Origin: Bdellovibrio sp.
GTDB lineage: Bacteria; Bdellovibrionota; Bdellovibrionia; Bdellovibrionales; Bdellovibrionaceae
Reading direction: 5' to 3'
NCBI GenBank assembly: GCA_043747435.1
Contig: JAYTPD010000021.1
Location: 75,643 to 139,642 of the forward strand
Length of the DNA: 64,000 nucleotides
Positions 50,415 to 58,798 of this stretch are shown piece by piece (position 1 is the first letter of the stretch; every line of letters starts with the position of its first letter). The notes below the pieces were generated by a model that saw only the letters and a list, made by a program, of their open reading frames with translations, searched no databases and had not been told where the DNA came from. The position numbers and the translations under genes were made by a program.

Positions 50415-50720
50415 CTAGGCGGCGGGCTTCACTTCCAAAATAAGCTGATAGCCCATAATACTTAAAATCCGGTGAATTGTTTCGATTGTAGGGGTTCGCC
50501 GATGATCCCCATTTTCTAGGCGAGCAATCATAGGCTGACTGACCTTGGCTTTTTTGGCAACTTCAGCTTGAGAAAAACCCACTTTTTCACGTAAGTCTCG
50601 AATCAAGTGGGCGATCTGAAGATAAAAGCGTCTTTCATCAAAAGCAATTTTGAACTCTTCATTTTTTTGATATTTTGAAACGATCTGATCCAAAGACTTG
50701 CTTGGAATTTTCTTTTTCAT
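50415..50720 (-). CDS. XRE-family helix-turn-helix protein
   Basis: REKVGFSQAEVAKKAKVSQPMIARLENG is a classic Cro/C1 HTH. Confidence 0.8.
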   Translation of the reverse strand: MKKKIPSKSLDQIVSKYQKNEEFKIAFDERRFYLQIAHLIRDLREKVGFSQAEVAKKAKVSQPMIARLENGDHRRTPTIETIHRILSIMGYQLILEVKPAA

Positions 50721-50789
50721 GACAATACCTCTTTCAGCAGTTTACGAGCAACTTCAAGCTCTTTTTTAGGAGCTTTCTGTCCTTGATAC

Positions 50790-51014
50790 TTACGAAGATT
50801 TTTTCCAAATCGTTTTAGGCGCCAGATTTTCTTCTTTGCAGTTTCTTAAAAAATCATTAACCAACGTCTGATAGGGAGTACTTGTTTTCTCACCTAGTTT
50901 TTTAAAATATTCAATTACATCATTATCAAGCCGAATGGTGACGCTTTTTTTAAGCTTGCTTGCGTAAGGGTTGGGCTTAAGTTTCATTTTTTTTAAATCA
51001 TATTCTTTTCTCAT
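50790..51014 (-). CDS. BrnA-like antitoxin (ribbon-helix-helix type)
   Basis: KKSVTIRLDNDVIEYFKKLGEKTSTPYQTLVNDFLR resembles BrnA. It lies immediately downstream of the BrnT-like gene. Confidence 0.6.
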   Translation of the reverse strand: MRKEYDLKKMKLKPNPYASKLKKSVTIRLDNDVIEYFKKLGEKTSTPYQTLVNDFLRNCKEENLAPKTIWKKSS

Positions 51015-51029
51015 AAAATACCTCTCAAG

Positions 51030-51308
51030 TTAAAGATTTTCAAAATCATGTCGTTCTTTTTTGGTAGCTTTTCTTGCGCTGATAATTCTGATTACATTTT
51101 TTTCTTCATGCGCAATGTGAACAACGAAAAGTAGTTTCTTATTGTAGCTATGGCCAATCAAAATCTGGCGATGTTCATCTTCTGAGTGATCTGGGTCAAA
51201 AGCGATTTTGGCTAAGTCATCAAAAAATACTGTTGAGGCCTCTTCAAAAGAAACCTTATGCTTTTTTAGGTTTTGGTCGGCTTTCCGCGCATCCCATTCA
51301 AACTTCAT
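51030..51308 (-). CDS. BrnT-family toxin (DUF497)
   Basis: MKFEWDARKADQNLKKHKVSFEEASTVFFDD ... IRIISARKATKKER matches the BrnT family pattern. Confidence 0.85.
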   Translation of the reverse strand: MKFEWDARKADQNLKKHKVSFEEASTVFFDDLAKIAFDPDHSEDEHRQILIGHSYNKKLLFVVHIAHEEKNVIRIISARKATKKERHDFENL

Positions 51309-51471
51309 TCCTCATTGTACATATACTGTATGTACAAGTCAAATTTTTATCTTGAGTCAGTTGGTTTTGAGTTATTGCGGGCGTCCAAAAATAAGAATAT
51401 TTGTGAAAACCCACCTCTTTCCGATGGGATTGCTGCTTCGATATTTATTAACACGAAAGGACAATAACAAA

Positions 51472-51762
51472 ATGAAACGTGATGATTTAGGACTTGCAAA
51501 TGAGCTGTCGATAATTGGACAAAAGATTTATGCCGTGGGTTCTCTTATTGGCTCAAAAACAGATTGTGATTCAGATCCAACCGAAACCAACAACGGAGTT
51601 TTTCTGATTTTGGCTGATTTGAGCAAACGCCTAGAAAAAATAAGTCGAGATATCGAAGCGCAAGCTCTGGCTTTAAATAAGAAGAAGCCTGAGAAAAGGG
51701 CCGCCGCCGAACAACAGGTCAGACCCCAGCTATTTTTAGTAAAGGAGGCCGCCGTATCGTAG
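51472..51762 (+). CDS. Hypothetical protein (96 aa)
   Basis: AAAGGA RBS before the ATG at 51472, and a strong hairpin right after the stop. An antisense ORF of similar length exists, so strand assignment is uncertain. Confidence 0.4.
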   Translation: MKRDDLGLANELSIIGQKIYAVGSLIGSKTDCDSDPTETNNGVFLILADLSKRLEKISRDIEAQALALNKKKPEKRAAAEQQVRPQLFLVKEAAVS

Positions 51763-51770
51763 GGCATTTC

Positions 51771-51802
51771 TTGAAGGCTGGCGATCCCAGCCTTCAATTG
51801 TT
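51771..51802 (+). terminator. Hairpin between convergent small genes
   Basis: TTGAAGGCTGG (51771-51781) pairs perfectly with CCAGCCTTCAA (51787-51797) around a 5-nt loop, followed by TTGTT. Confidence 0.5.
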
Positions 51803-52004
51803 ACTTGGAGGTCGAAGCTTTCCTTGGATTACTTGCCTTGCCCCAGAGCAATTGATTATAGCGCGTATAGGGCATTTGATCATGCATGTGCGCATGAATC
51901 GCAGCCTTGCCCATTTTGTAAGTCAAGTGTGCAAAAGAGTCGGCCAATCCTAAAGTGAATACGACCCCTAAAATCCAAGATAAAAACCTTATTGGCGTTA
52001 ACAT
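51801..52004 (-). CDS. Small membrane protein candidate
   Basis: Hydrophobic N-terminus (FLSWILGVVFTLGLA). Its start overlaps the stop of the upstream HTH-like gene. Confidence 0.3.
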   Translation of the reverse strand: MLTPIRFLSWILGVVFTLGLADSFAHLTYKMGKAAIHAHMHDQMPYTRYNQLLWGKASNPRKASTSK

Positions 52005-52288
52005 AGAGCCTTCTTTCTGAACTCGTCGCTCACTTGACTGAGCTTGAAATTCTTCTGTTCTTTGGCCAGTTTCTCGATTTCCCGATTTATTGCGTTTTGG
52101 ATGGTAATTTTTTCAAATTCTTCCAAATTCATCTTTGAAATCCCGCTGTTACGCATAGTTCGAATACTCACCTGAACGACGGACCGAGACCAGCCCAAGG
52201 CATTGCATATTTTTGAAATTGTCATGTTTTTGATCCAACGTAGTCTTGCCAGCTCATTTAAATCAATCTTGACACTATTCCATCGCAC
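51998..52288 (-). CDS. Small HTH-like protein
   Basis: NMTISKICNALGWSRSVVQVSIR looks like a helix-turn-helix. GTG start. Confidence 0.4.
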   Translation of the reverse strand: MRWNSVKIDLNELARLRWIKNMTISKICNALGWSRSVVQVSIRTMRNSGISKMNLEEFEKITIQNAINREIEKLAKEQKNFKLSQVSDEFRKKALC

Positions 52289-52337
52289 CAGTACCGTTTT
52301 AATTGCATCTGGCGGTTCAACTACTTGTACGTCACCT

Positions 52338-52458
52338 GCACCAATCTTCTCATAACACTACCCTGTCCTCCAAAAGGAACAGGGTTTTTTATTTCCCCAT
52401 TTCCGATCACAAATCTCAGTTTATACGTTCCAGTTTCCTGGCAGGGTTCCGCCACGAC
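52338..52458 (-). pseudogene. 3' fragment of a paralogue of the 232-aa gene (121-bp direct repeat, copy B)
   Basis: Encodes VVAEPCQETGTYKLRFVIGNGEIKNPVPFGGQGSVMRRLV, identical in protein to copy A. Homology is lost on both sides, so no complete ORF remains. Confidence 0.7.
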
Positions 52459-52686
52459 GGCTATGGTTGAACTGGTGAAGTGGTTGATTAAAAATTCGAA
52501 ATGAGTGTATTATAGAATGCCACTAGTGATAATTTGAATCGACTTATGACCTGTTAAATAAAACATAAACTACTGAAACTACTACGTATTTTAATAATGG
52601 AAATAATGTGGTTAAAATATGGTATATTTATGGTGATTTACAGCCGATAATAGAATATATAAGTTATCCACGATGAGGAGTTATTT

Positions 52687-53076
52687 ATGCCCACAGCAAA
52701 TGCAGCTTTATTTAATACTGTATCATCTCAAGATCTAGGAAAGTTTTTTTCTAAAGGCGGCGAAGTTGAAGCTGAAAAAGTTGTTAAATTTTTAAAATAT
52801 AAAAAAGAAGACGTAGCTGTTGCTTCAGATACACCTGTATCATCAATTCGTTATGATGAAAAAATGACTGCGGATTTAAAGCAAAGAATGGTCGAATGGG
52901 CTACCGCAATTAACGATGTGGCTTCTTACTTTAATGATCTAGACCGAACTATATTATGGTTTCAGGTTTCCAACCCACTATTAGGCGATATTTCGCCTAG
53001 AGATATGATTCGATTGGGTCGCTTTAAAAAATTACAAAAATTTATTCAGACTGCTTTAGACGAAAATAAGCGATAA
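52687..53076 (+). CDS. Xre/MbcA/ParS-like antitoxin (DUF2384-type toxin-binding domain)
   Basis: GAGGAG RBS. C-terminal LWFQVSNPLLGDISPRDMIRLGRFKKLQKFI is typical of antitoxins partnered with RES toxins. Confidence 0.6.
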   Translation: MPTANAALFNTVSSQDLGKFFSKGGEVEAEKVVKFLKYKKEDVAVASDTPVSSIRYDEKMTADLKQRMVEWATAINDVASYFNDLDRTILWFQVSNPLLGDISPRDMIRLGRFKKLQKFIQTALDENKR

Positions 53077-53079
53077 AAA

Positions 53080-54057
53080 ATGTCTACGCGTAAGCCTAAG
53101 AAAATTAAATTTAACTTAGAAAAGATTTTTAAGAAAAAGAAATCTAAGGCTGCTACGTATCTTCTAGAAAAAGGCACTTTAACTGAAATGCGTGCTGCCA
53201 AAGAATGGACAGCCAAGCTGCTTGATTTTCACTGGCGATTTTATTCTGAGCTTGCCTATCAGCGAAATCAAAACTTAGAGGCTTTAAAAGAGGCCATTTT
53301 AATCCAAAGTACATCTAACTTTGAATTTACTAACTGGCAGCGAGCCGTAAAATATAAATTTAGTTTGCATCCTTTAAGCGTAGTCGGAAGTTTAAATTAT
53401 GTGGGTGGCCGCTTTAATTCAGGAACTGAAATTAATTCTCAAATACCCGCCTTCGGTTGCCTGTACATTTCGTTAGATAAAGAAACATCGATTCAAGAAG
53501 CTTTATGCCAAGATAGTGAAAATAAAAGTAAAAATTTTACTCCACTTGAATTCGCGCTTACCAATTCGCAGTCAGAAACATTTGTGTCAGTATCTGGTAA
53601 ATTGGATAAAGTTTTTGATTTAAGAAAGAAATCTAATTTAAAAAAACTTGTCGCTGTTTTTAAGAAATTTAAGATATCAAAAGAATTAACAAAATTAGCC
53701 AATGAAATTTACGCCGACGAACCTGAGTTGGTTAAATCTGAGCAATTGCTGCTAGATTCAATTTTAGAAAGAAACTGGCGAAACAAGCCAGTTCAATTTG
53801 ACATACCTTCGAATTCTCAAATTTTTGGCTACCTGGCGTACTTAGCAGGCGTTGACGGCATTATTTATCCATCTAAATATACTGGTAAAGTATGTTTGGC
53901 CATATTTCCTAAAAACTTTGAAAATGGAGATTCATTTATAAAACTAGATGACGCGGCTCCACACGCTAAAGTGCCAGGTCGTATTGACGGCAAAAGCTGG
54001 CGATTAAGTGAACTTACCTTTGAAGAAATATCAAACTCTGGCGGAATCGTACACTAA
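53080..54057 (+). CDS. RES-domain toxin with long N-terminal extension
   Basis: R-E-S signature in order: GGRFNSG, SLDKETSIQEAL, GIIYPSKY. It starts 3 nt after the antitoxin stop and is 325 aa. Confidence 0.6.
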   Translation: MSTRKPKKIKFNLEKIFKKKKSKAATYLLEKGTLTEMRAAKEWTAKLLDFHWRFYSELAYQRNQNLEALKEAILIQSTSNFEFTNWQRAVKYKFSLHPLSVVGSLNYVGGRFNSGTEINSQIPAFGCLYISLDKETSIQEALCQDSENKSKNFTPLEFALTNSQSETFVSVSGKLDKVFDLRKKSNLKKLVAVFKKFKISKELTKLANEIYADEPELVKSEQLLLDSILERNWRNKPVQFDIPSNSQIFGYLAYLAGVDGIIYPSKYTGKVCLAIFPKNFENGDSFIKLDDAAPHAKVPGRIDGKSWRLSELTFEEISNSGGIVH

Positions 54058-54269
54058 GCAATTAGTTAGTTAGTTGGCTGACAGTAACCACAAAGATGTC
54101 GGGTTTAAATTTTGGGTGACTCTGTTTCAAAACGCTTAACTTTTCTTAATAATTTACATTTTGATTTTTTCATAAATTCGCTGTTAACTGCACGAAATCT
54201 AAAACGATTTAACAAATCTTGACAATTCTTTATGATGGTTAATAAACTACCAAAAAGTGCCTTTTGTAA

Positions 54270-54286
54270 TCCCTCACTGGGCACCA
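54270..54286 (+). repeat. attR-like core: second copy of the tRNA-Leu(UAG) 3' end
   Basis: TCCCTCACTGGGCACCA is identical to 39731-39747. There is no tRNA body upstream of it. Confidence 0.75.
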
Positions 54287-54419
54287 TTTACTTAATAAAA
54301 TCAATTTTCTCCTCTGAAAATTAAATCTTCTCGACCCTCACCTTCTTTGGTGTGGGCGAAATCTGGGTAACTCAACCACAGGATTTGAAAAAATAAAAAA
54401 TGTGTGCGCTAATTAACGA

Positions 54420-55637
54420 ATGAAAATGCATTTTCGGTTGGCGTTTAGAAATGTTTTTAGAAATCAAAGCCGATTGACTTTGAATTTACTGTTACTTGTT
54501 GGGGCATTTGCTTCACTTGTCATTTTTGATGGTTTTGAAAAAAATGTGCTTTTAACCATGCAAGATATCATTACAGACACACAAACCGGCCATTTACAGA
54601 TCACGAATAACTCGACGATAACTGCGGCATCAACTGAATCTGTTCAAGATTCACAAATCTCATATATCGAATTTGAAACGATTCAAAAAATTTTACTTCA
54701 TCAGCCTGAAGTTGAGTATGCTTCGGGAAGGCTGAATTTTTATGGACTTTTTAATTTTAAAAATAAATCGATTCCGACACACATGATTGCTTATGATCAA
54801 AATTTCGATTCAAAGATGAAAAATAGAATCATCCTTAAAGAAGGAAGACATTTGCAAAACTCAAAAGAATTTTTGATCGGCAAAGGGCTCAATAAAATAC
54901 TTCAATTATCAATTGGTGACGAGCTTACAGTACTAAGCCAGAATCAAAATGGAAATTTAAATGCCATGGATTTAAAACTGGTGGGCATTATAGCGACAGG
55001 GTTTTCGGAAATCGATAACACAACAGCTTTTATCAGCTTACTGGATGGAAAAAAACTTCGCGACACAGAATCGATCAACAACATTGTAATCCAACTTAAA
55101 GATAAAAATAAAACAATGATGGCTTTTAGTGATTTGTCAAAAACTTTGCCGCAAAATTTTAAAGTAAAAAATTGGCGGCAAATTTCTGAATTTTTTTTGC
55201 AGGTCGAAAGCTTTTTTAATTTTCAAAGTTTAATTGTTAAAATAATACTCGTTCTGCTTTTATTTTTATGTCTATCAAACTCGGTCAGTATGACGATTAA
55301 CGAGCGCTTAGCTGAAATCGGCACGATGCAAGCAATGGGCGACGAACATCATCATATAAAAAAATTATTTTTTTTAGAGATTTTCTTTTTTTTGATTTTG
55401 TCGCTGGTCATCGCAGCTCCTTTTTCTGTTTTAACGATGGTCTTTTTGTCATCGGCTCATTTTTTGATAACACTTCCAATGGCCAGCGAGCCCTTACCTT
55501 TAAAGTTCATCCCAACATTAACAGCCTATTTCGACGCGGCCCTGATTTGTGCTTTGGTTACAATAGTTGCAAGCTTAATACCCATTTCAAAAATTTCGAA
55601 GATTCAGATCATTACAGCGCTGAGAGCAAAAATTTAA
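54420..55637 (+). CDS. FtsX-like ABC transporter permease (LolC/E, MacB-type)
   Basis: N-terminus LAFRNVFRNQSRLTLNLLL, a large periplasmic loop, and a C-terminal FtsX block INERLAEIGTMQAMG. Confidence 0.8.
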   Translation: MKMHFRLAFRNVFRNQSRLTLNLLLLVGAFASLVIFDGFEKNVLLTMQDIITDTQTGHLQITNNSTITAASTESVQDSQISYIEFETIQKILLHQPEVEYASGRLNFYGLFNFKNKSIPTHMIAYDQNFDSKMKNRIILKEGRHLQNSKEFLIGKGLNKILQLSIGDELTVLSQNQNGNLNAMDLKLVGIIATGFSEIDNTTAFISLLDGKKLRDTESINNIVIQLKDKNKTMMAFSDLSKTLPQNFKVKNWRQISEFFLQVESFFNFQSLIVKIILVLLLFLCLSNSVSMTINERLAEIGTMQAMGDEHHHIKKLFFLEIFFFLILSLVIAAPFSVLTMVFLSSAHFLITLPMASEPLPLKFIPTLTAYFDAALICALVTIVASLIPISKISKIQIITALRAKI

Positions 55638-55638
55638 A

Positions 55639-56871
55639 ATGAAACATATTTTTCTAATTTCTAATTTAGCCTTACGAAATATTTTTAGAAACAAAGTCCG
55701 AACCTTGATTATATTTGGAATGATTGTGTCTTGTTTTACGGCGATGATTTTTTTTAAAGGATTTGCGACAGAATCTTTAACTGAAATTGAAAGTACGATT
55801 GTCAATAGCGAAAAAGGACATTTACAAATCGCTGATCGCTTGAATTGGTCCAATGATTTCTCAGTTGAAAAAAATCAAATTTATATCAGCCAGCCTGAAA
55901 ATCTTATTCAACAACTTGAGTCTATACCCGAAGTTAAAATCGCCGCAGGTCGCATTAATTCTTATGTTTTATTTTCGACCTCTGAAAAATCAGTCGGTGG
56001 TTATGTCATCGGCTACGATCACAATAATGAACCTCACATTGAAAAAAATATGAACTTAATCACGGGCGGATCTTTTTCGAATAAAAATCCCTACGAAATT
56101 ATCATGGGTGATGGTCTGCGTAAATTACTTGATCTTAAAGTTGGTCAAACGGTGTCACTTGTTGGACAGTCACTGACTGGCAGTATGACTTCGCTTGATC
56201 TTGAAGTAAGAGGATTTTTTTCGACAGGCCTAACTGAAATCGATAACTCGATAACTTATATAACCTTAGAAGCTGCACAAAAACTTTTGAATACAGATCG
56301 CGTCGAAAAAATATCGATTCTGCTCAAAGAAGGCCGTAATTTACCAATCGCCTTTGAAAAAGTTCAAAATGTTTTAAAAAATAATCCTAGCCTTCAAGTG
56401 AAAAGCTGGAAACAGACTTCAACATTTTTTAATGAAGTGTCGGCGTTTTATAAAATTCAAAATTTACTTGTTGAGATTATTTTATCGGTGCTTATATTCT
56501 TTGGATTGCTCAACACTTTGGGTATGTCGATCTATGAAAGAATCGGGGAATTTGGAACTCTTCGCGCCTTAGGAGACCAATTTGAGGACGTTTTTATTTT
56601 AATATTTATTGAAACAGCTTTTTTAAGTTTGATCGGTATTTTTATTGCCCTACCCGTTTCATTTGCTGTGACCCAAATTTTTAATTTATGCCAAGTTAAA
56701 GTTCTGATGCCCGGAGCCAGTACTCTAGCAATTATCCAGATTGTTCCTAGCCTGATTGATTTTTTTCAAACCGGCATGGTGATTATGATCACTTGCATTA
56801 TGTCTATCTTATTTCCCTTTATTAAAGCACTCAAATTATCAATTACAGATTCGTTGCGTTTTAATTCTTAG
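55639..56871 (+). CDS. FtsX-like ABC transporter permease (paralogue of the preceding gene)
   Basis: LALRNIFRNKVRTLIIF and IYERIGEFGTLRALG. It starts 1 nt after the upstream stop. Confidence 0.8.
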   Translation: MKHIFLISNLALRNIFRNKVRTLIIFGMIVSCFTAMIFFKGFATESLTEIESTIVNSEKGHLQIADRLNWSNDFSVEKNQIYISQPENLIQQLESIPEVKIAAGRINSYVLFSTSEKSVGGYVIGYDHNNEPHIEKNMNLITGGSFSNKNPYEIIMGDGLRKLLDLKVGQTVSLVGQSLTGSMTSLDLEVRGFFSTGLTEIDNSITYITLEAAQKLLNTDRVEKISILLKEGRNLPIAFEKVQNVLKNNPSLQVKSWKQTSTFFNEVSAFYKIQNLLVEIILSVLIFFGLLNTLGMSIYERIGEFGTLRALGDQFEDVFILIFIETAFLSLIGIFIALPVSFAVTQIFNLCQVKVLMPGASTLAIIQIVPSLIDFFQTGMVIMITCIMSILFPFIKALKLSITDSLRFNS

Positions 56872-57544
56872 AAACACCCGCAATGATATTTAAGCTATTT
56901 CCATTACGATTGACTTGAAAAATTTGAAGACCTGCTCTGATAATAAGTTCAGAAATTTCATCTGGCTCATAAGGCTTAAAAAGAATACCTTTTTTCATGC
57001 CCCAAACCATTAATGAACGTGCGATTTTTCCAAATAAATTATTTTCCTTAGAATTTAAGATCACGTTGATATAAAGCCGACCTTCATCACTTAAAACTCG
57101 GGTAAGCTCTTTGAGGGCCGTTGCTACATCGGGAAAACAATGGATCGCATTGGCTAAATTAATCGTATCGAAAGATTTATTTTCAAAAGGCAAATGACAA
57201 ACGTCAGCTAAAATAATTTTAAAATATATACCTTTAAATTTCTGAATTGCTCCATCGAGCATCGCATCTGAATAATCAAAGCCGTAGCCAATCCATTCTT
57301 TTTTTCGTAGTATGTAGCGGTCATAATAATAGATGATTTGCGCCAAAGTCCCCGTTCCAATAGCGACTTCAAGATGATTTCCGCTTGTATTTTCTGCAAA
57401 AAAGCGAATCTGTTTAAACAATGAATCTTGATAGGCCAATTTTAAAATAAAAAAACCTCTGATATCGTACCACCAAGTCGGAGAGTCATAGGCTTTTTTA
57501 ATTTTCTCGAGCTGAGCAGATTCATTTTTGATTTCAGGTTTCAT
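56861..57544 (-). CDS. Class I SAM-dependent methyltransferase
   Basis: Motif I LEVAIGTGT, with later FDTINLANAIHCF and GRLYINV. Confidence 0.75.
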   Translation of the reverse strand: MKPEIKNESAQLEKIKKAYDSPTWWYDIRGFFILKLAYQDSLFKQIRFFAENTSGNHLEVAIGTGTLAQIIYYYDRYILRKKEWIGYGFDYSDAMLDGAIQKFKGIYFKIILADVCHLPFENKSFDTINLANAIHCFPDVATALKELTRVLSDEGRLYINVILNSKENNLFGKIARSLMVWGMKKGILFKPYEPDEISELIIRAGLQIFQVNRNGNSLNIIAGVSKN

Positions 57545-57625
57545 GAAAATTGTCTCCGTACTCGTTATTTTGTATTGATTGCCTGACTGCGGCTAGTCTA
57601 TATTTTTATACAAGATTTACTTTTT

Positions 57626-57663
57626 AAAGCCAATTATGAAAATGTCTTTTCATAATTGGCTTT
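57626..57663. promoter_or_regulatory. Perfect 17-bp palindrome in a divergent promoter region (operator candidate)
   Basis: AAAGCCAATTATGAAAA (57626-57642), TGTC spacer, TTTTCATAATTGGCTTT (57647-57663). It lies 20 nt upstream of the ATG at 57683. Confidence 0.4.
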
Positions 57664-57682
57664 ATTTTATAAAAAGGTTTCC

Positions 57683-58798
57683 ATGTCTAACTCAAATTTA
57701 AATTCAAGCTCGAATACGTCTTCAGATTATGTGACTAAAAATTTTGATATAAGCCACTTTAAATCTAAGAATGAACTTCGATATCTTGAAAAACTTATTC
57801 TGATCAATTCGCGCGGAAAAAAATCCCAGCAGCAGCTAAGTCGCGCGCTCGGTTTAAAATTTAATCTTTACGGCAAATGGGAAAGTGGTTCTAAAAAGCT
57901 CATGTGGGATGATTTAGCAAAAATTCTTAAGTATAAAAAAATAAATGTTTCTGAAATCTTAGAAGATACGTATAAAATTTTAGATAAAAGTAAAACTTCG
58001 GATGCAGGCGTTATCTTAAAACATTTTTTAGATTTTTATTTTTTAGGGAATTATTCAAAGCTCGCCGAATACCTTGAAATGAGTCCACTTAAAATAAGAC
58101 GAATGATAAAAAAAGAATCACCCATAGCGGCTTCGATTGTTTTAAAATTATTTATTTATCGTCCCCAACATTTTGTTATTTTTCTAGAAAAACTACAAAT
58201 TTCTGACTCTATGCCTGAAATTAAAACTGAAATTGCCCGAATGAAAAAAATTGCACAAGGTCAAGTCTTTGCTCCGGCCAATGCAGCTGTTCTGTATTTT
58301 TTAGATACGAAAGAATACCAAGATTGCAAAAAACACAGTAACGAATTAATTTGTCAAAAATTGCAACTGAGCCTTCAGCAAGTTGAATCGGCATTAAGAA
58401 CGCTTCAAGCAAATTCGTCGATTGAGTTCAAAGATCCTAAGTATGTTCTGAATAGTCGCTCTTTAGAATTTCCAGCTTCAGACTACAAACAGACGATCCC
58501 CATGTTTAATTATTGGATTTATCGAAGCCTTTGTTATCTGAATGAAAAATTGCGAAACAATCGCGAGACAACGATTCCAAACGCTTCAAGCTTTCGTATT
58601 TTTTCAGTTTCTAAAAAAACAGCTGAAAAAATAACTGAAAAAATTCGTCAAACTCATCACGAGATTTTGCAGATGATCAAAGAAAGCGACCGCGAAGATC
58701 TTGTCGTGCGTGCGATCATTTTAAATCACTTTGGGCTTGAAGAAAGCCCACCATTTAATATGAAATCCGATGAGGATCTAGGCTTCATTATCCAGTAA
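57683..58798 (+). CDS. HTH-containing protein, TIGR02147/DUF4423-like
   Basis: SQQQLSRALGLKFNLYGKWESG is an HTH-like segment. Size and layout recall the TIGR02147 family. Weak call. Confidence 0.35.
   Translation: MSNSNLNSSSNTSSDYVTKNFDISHFKSKNELRYLEKLILINSRGKKSQQQLSRALGLKFNLYGKWESGSKKLMWDDLAKILKYKKINVSEILEDTYKILDKSKTSDAGVILKHFLDFYFLGNYSKLAEYLEMSPLKIRRMIKKESPIAASIVLKLFIYRPQHFVIFLEKLQISDSMPEIKTEIARMKKIAQGQVFAPANAAVLYFLDTKEYQDCKKHSNELICQKLQLSLQQVESALRTLQANSSIEFKDPKYVLNSRSLEFPASDYKQTIPMFNYWIYRSLCYLNEKLRNNRETTIPNASSFRIFSVSKKTAEKITEKIRQTHHEILQMIKESDREDLVVRAIILNHFGLEESPPFNMKSDEDLGFIIQ

Larger units (their letters stand above)
39748..54286. mobile_element. tRNA-Leu-associated genomic island (~14.5 kb), apparently without recombinase
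   Basis: Bounded by the tRNA 3' end and its 17-bp direct repeat. Contents are toxin-antitoxin modules, hypothetical genes and the giant AAA+/vWA pair. No integrase-like translation was found. Confidence 0.65.

Noticed and set aside
50721-50830. Alternative +1 frame open across the BrnA stop (…KNLRKYQGQKAPKKELEVARKLLKEVLS) and ending in an ATGA overlap with the XRE start, suggesting a frameshifted longer BrnA or a toxin remnant
   Set aside because: The open stretch is only about 40 codons, has no start codon of its own, and I recognise no family similarity. I cannot tell it from chance without homologue alignments.
54105-54287. 60-aa minus-strand ORF starting inside the attR repeat
   Set aside because: It has no RBS and no recognisable motif, and its start codon is created by the repeat itself. 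It is probably spurious.
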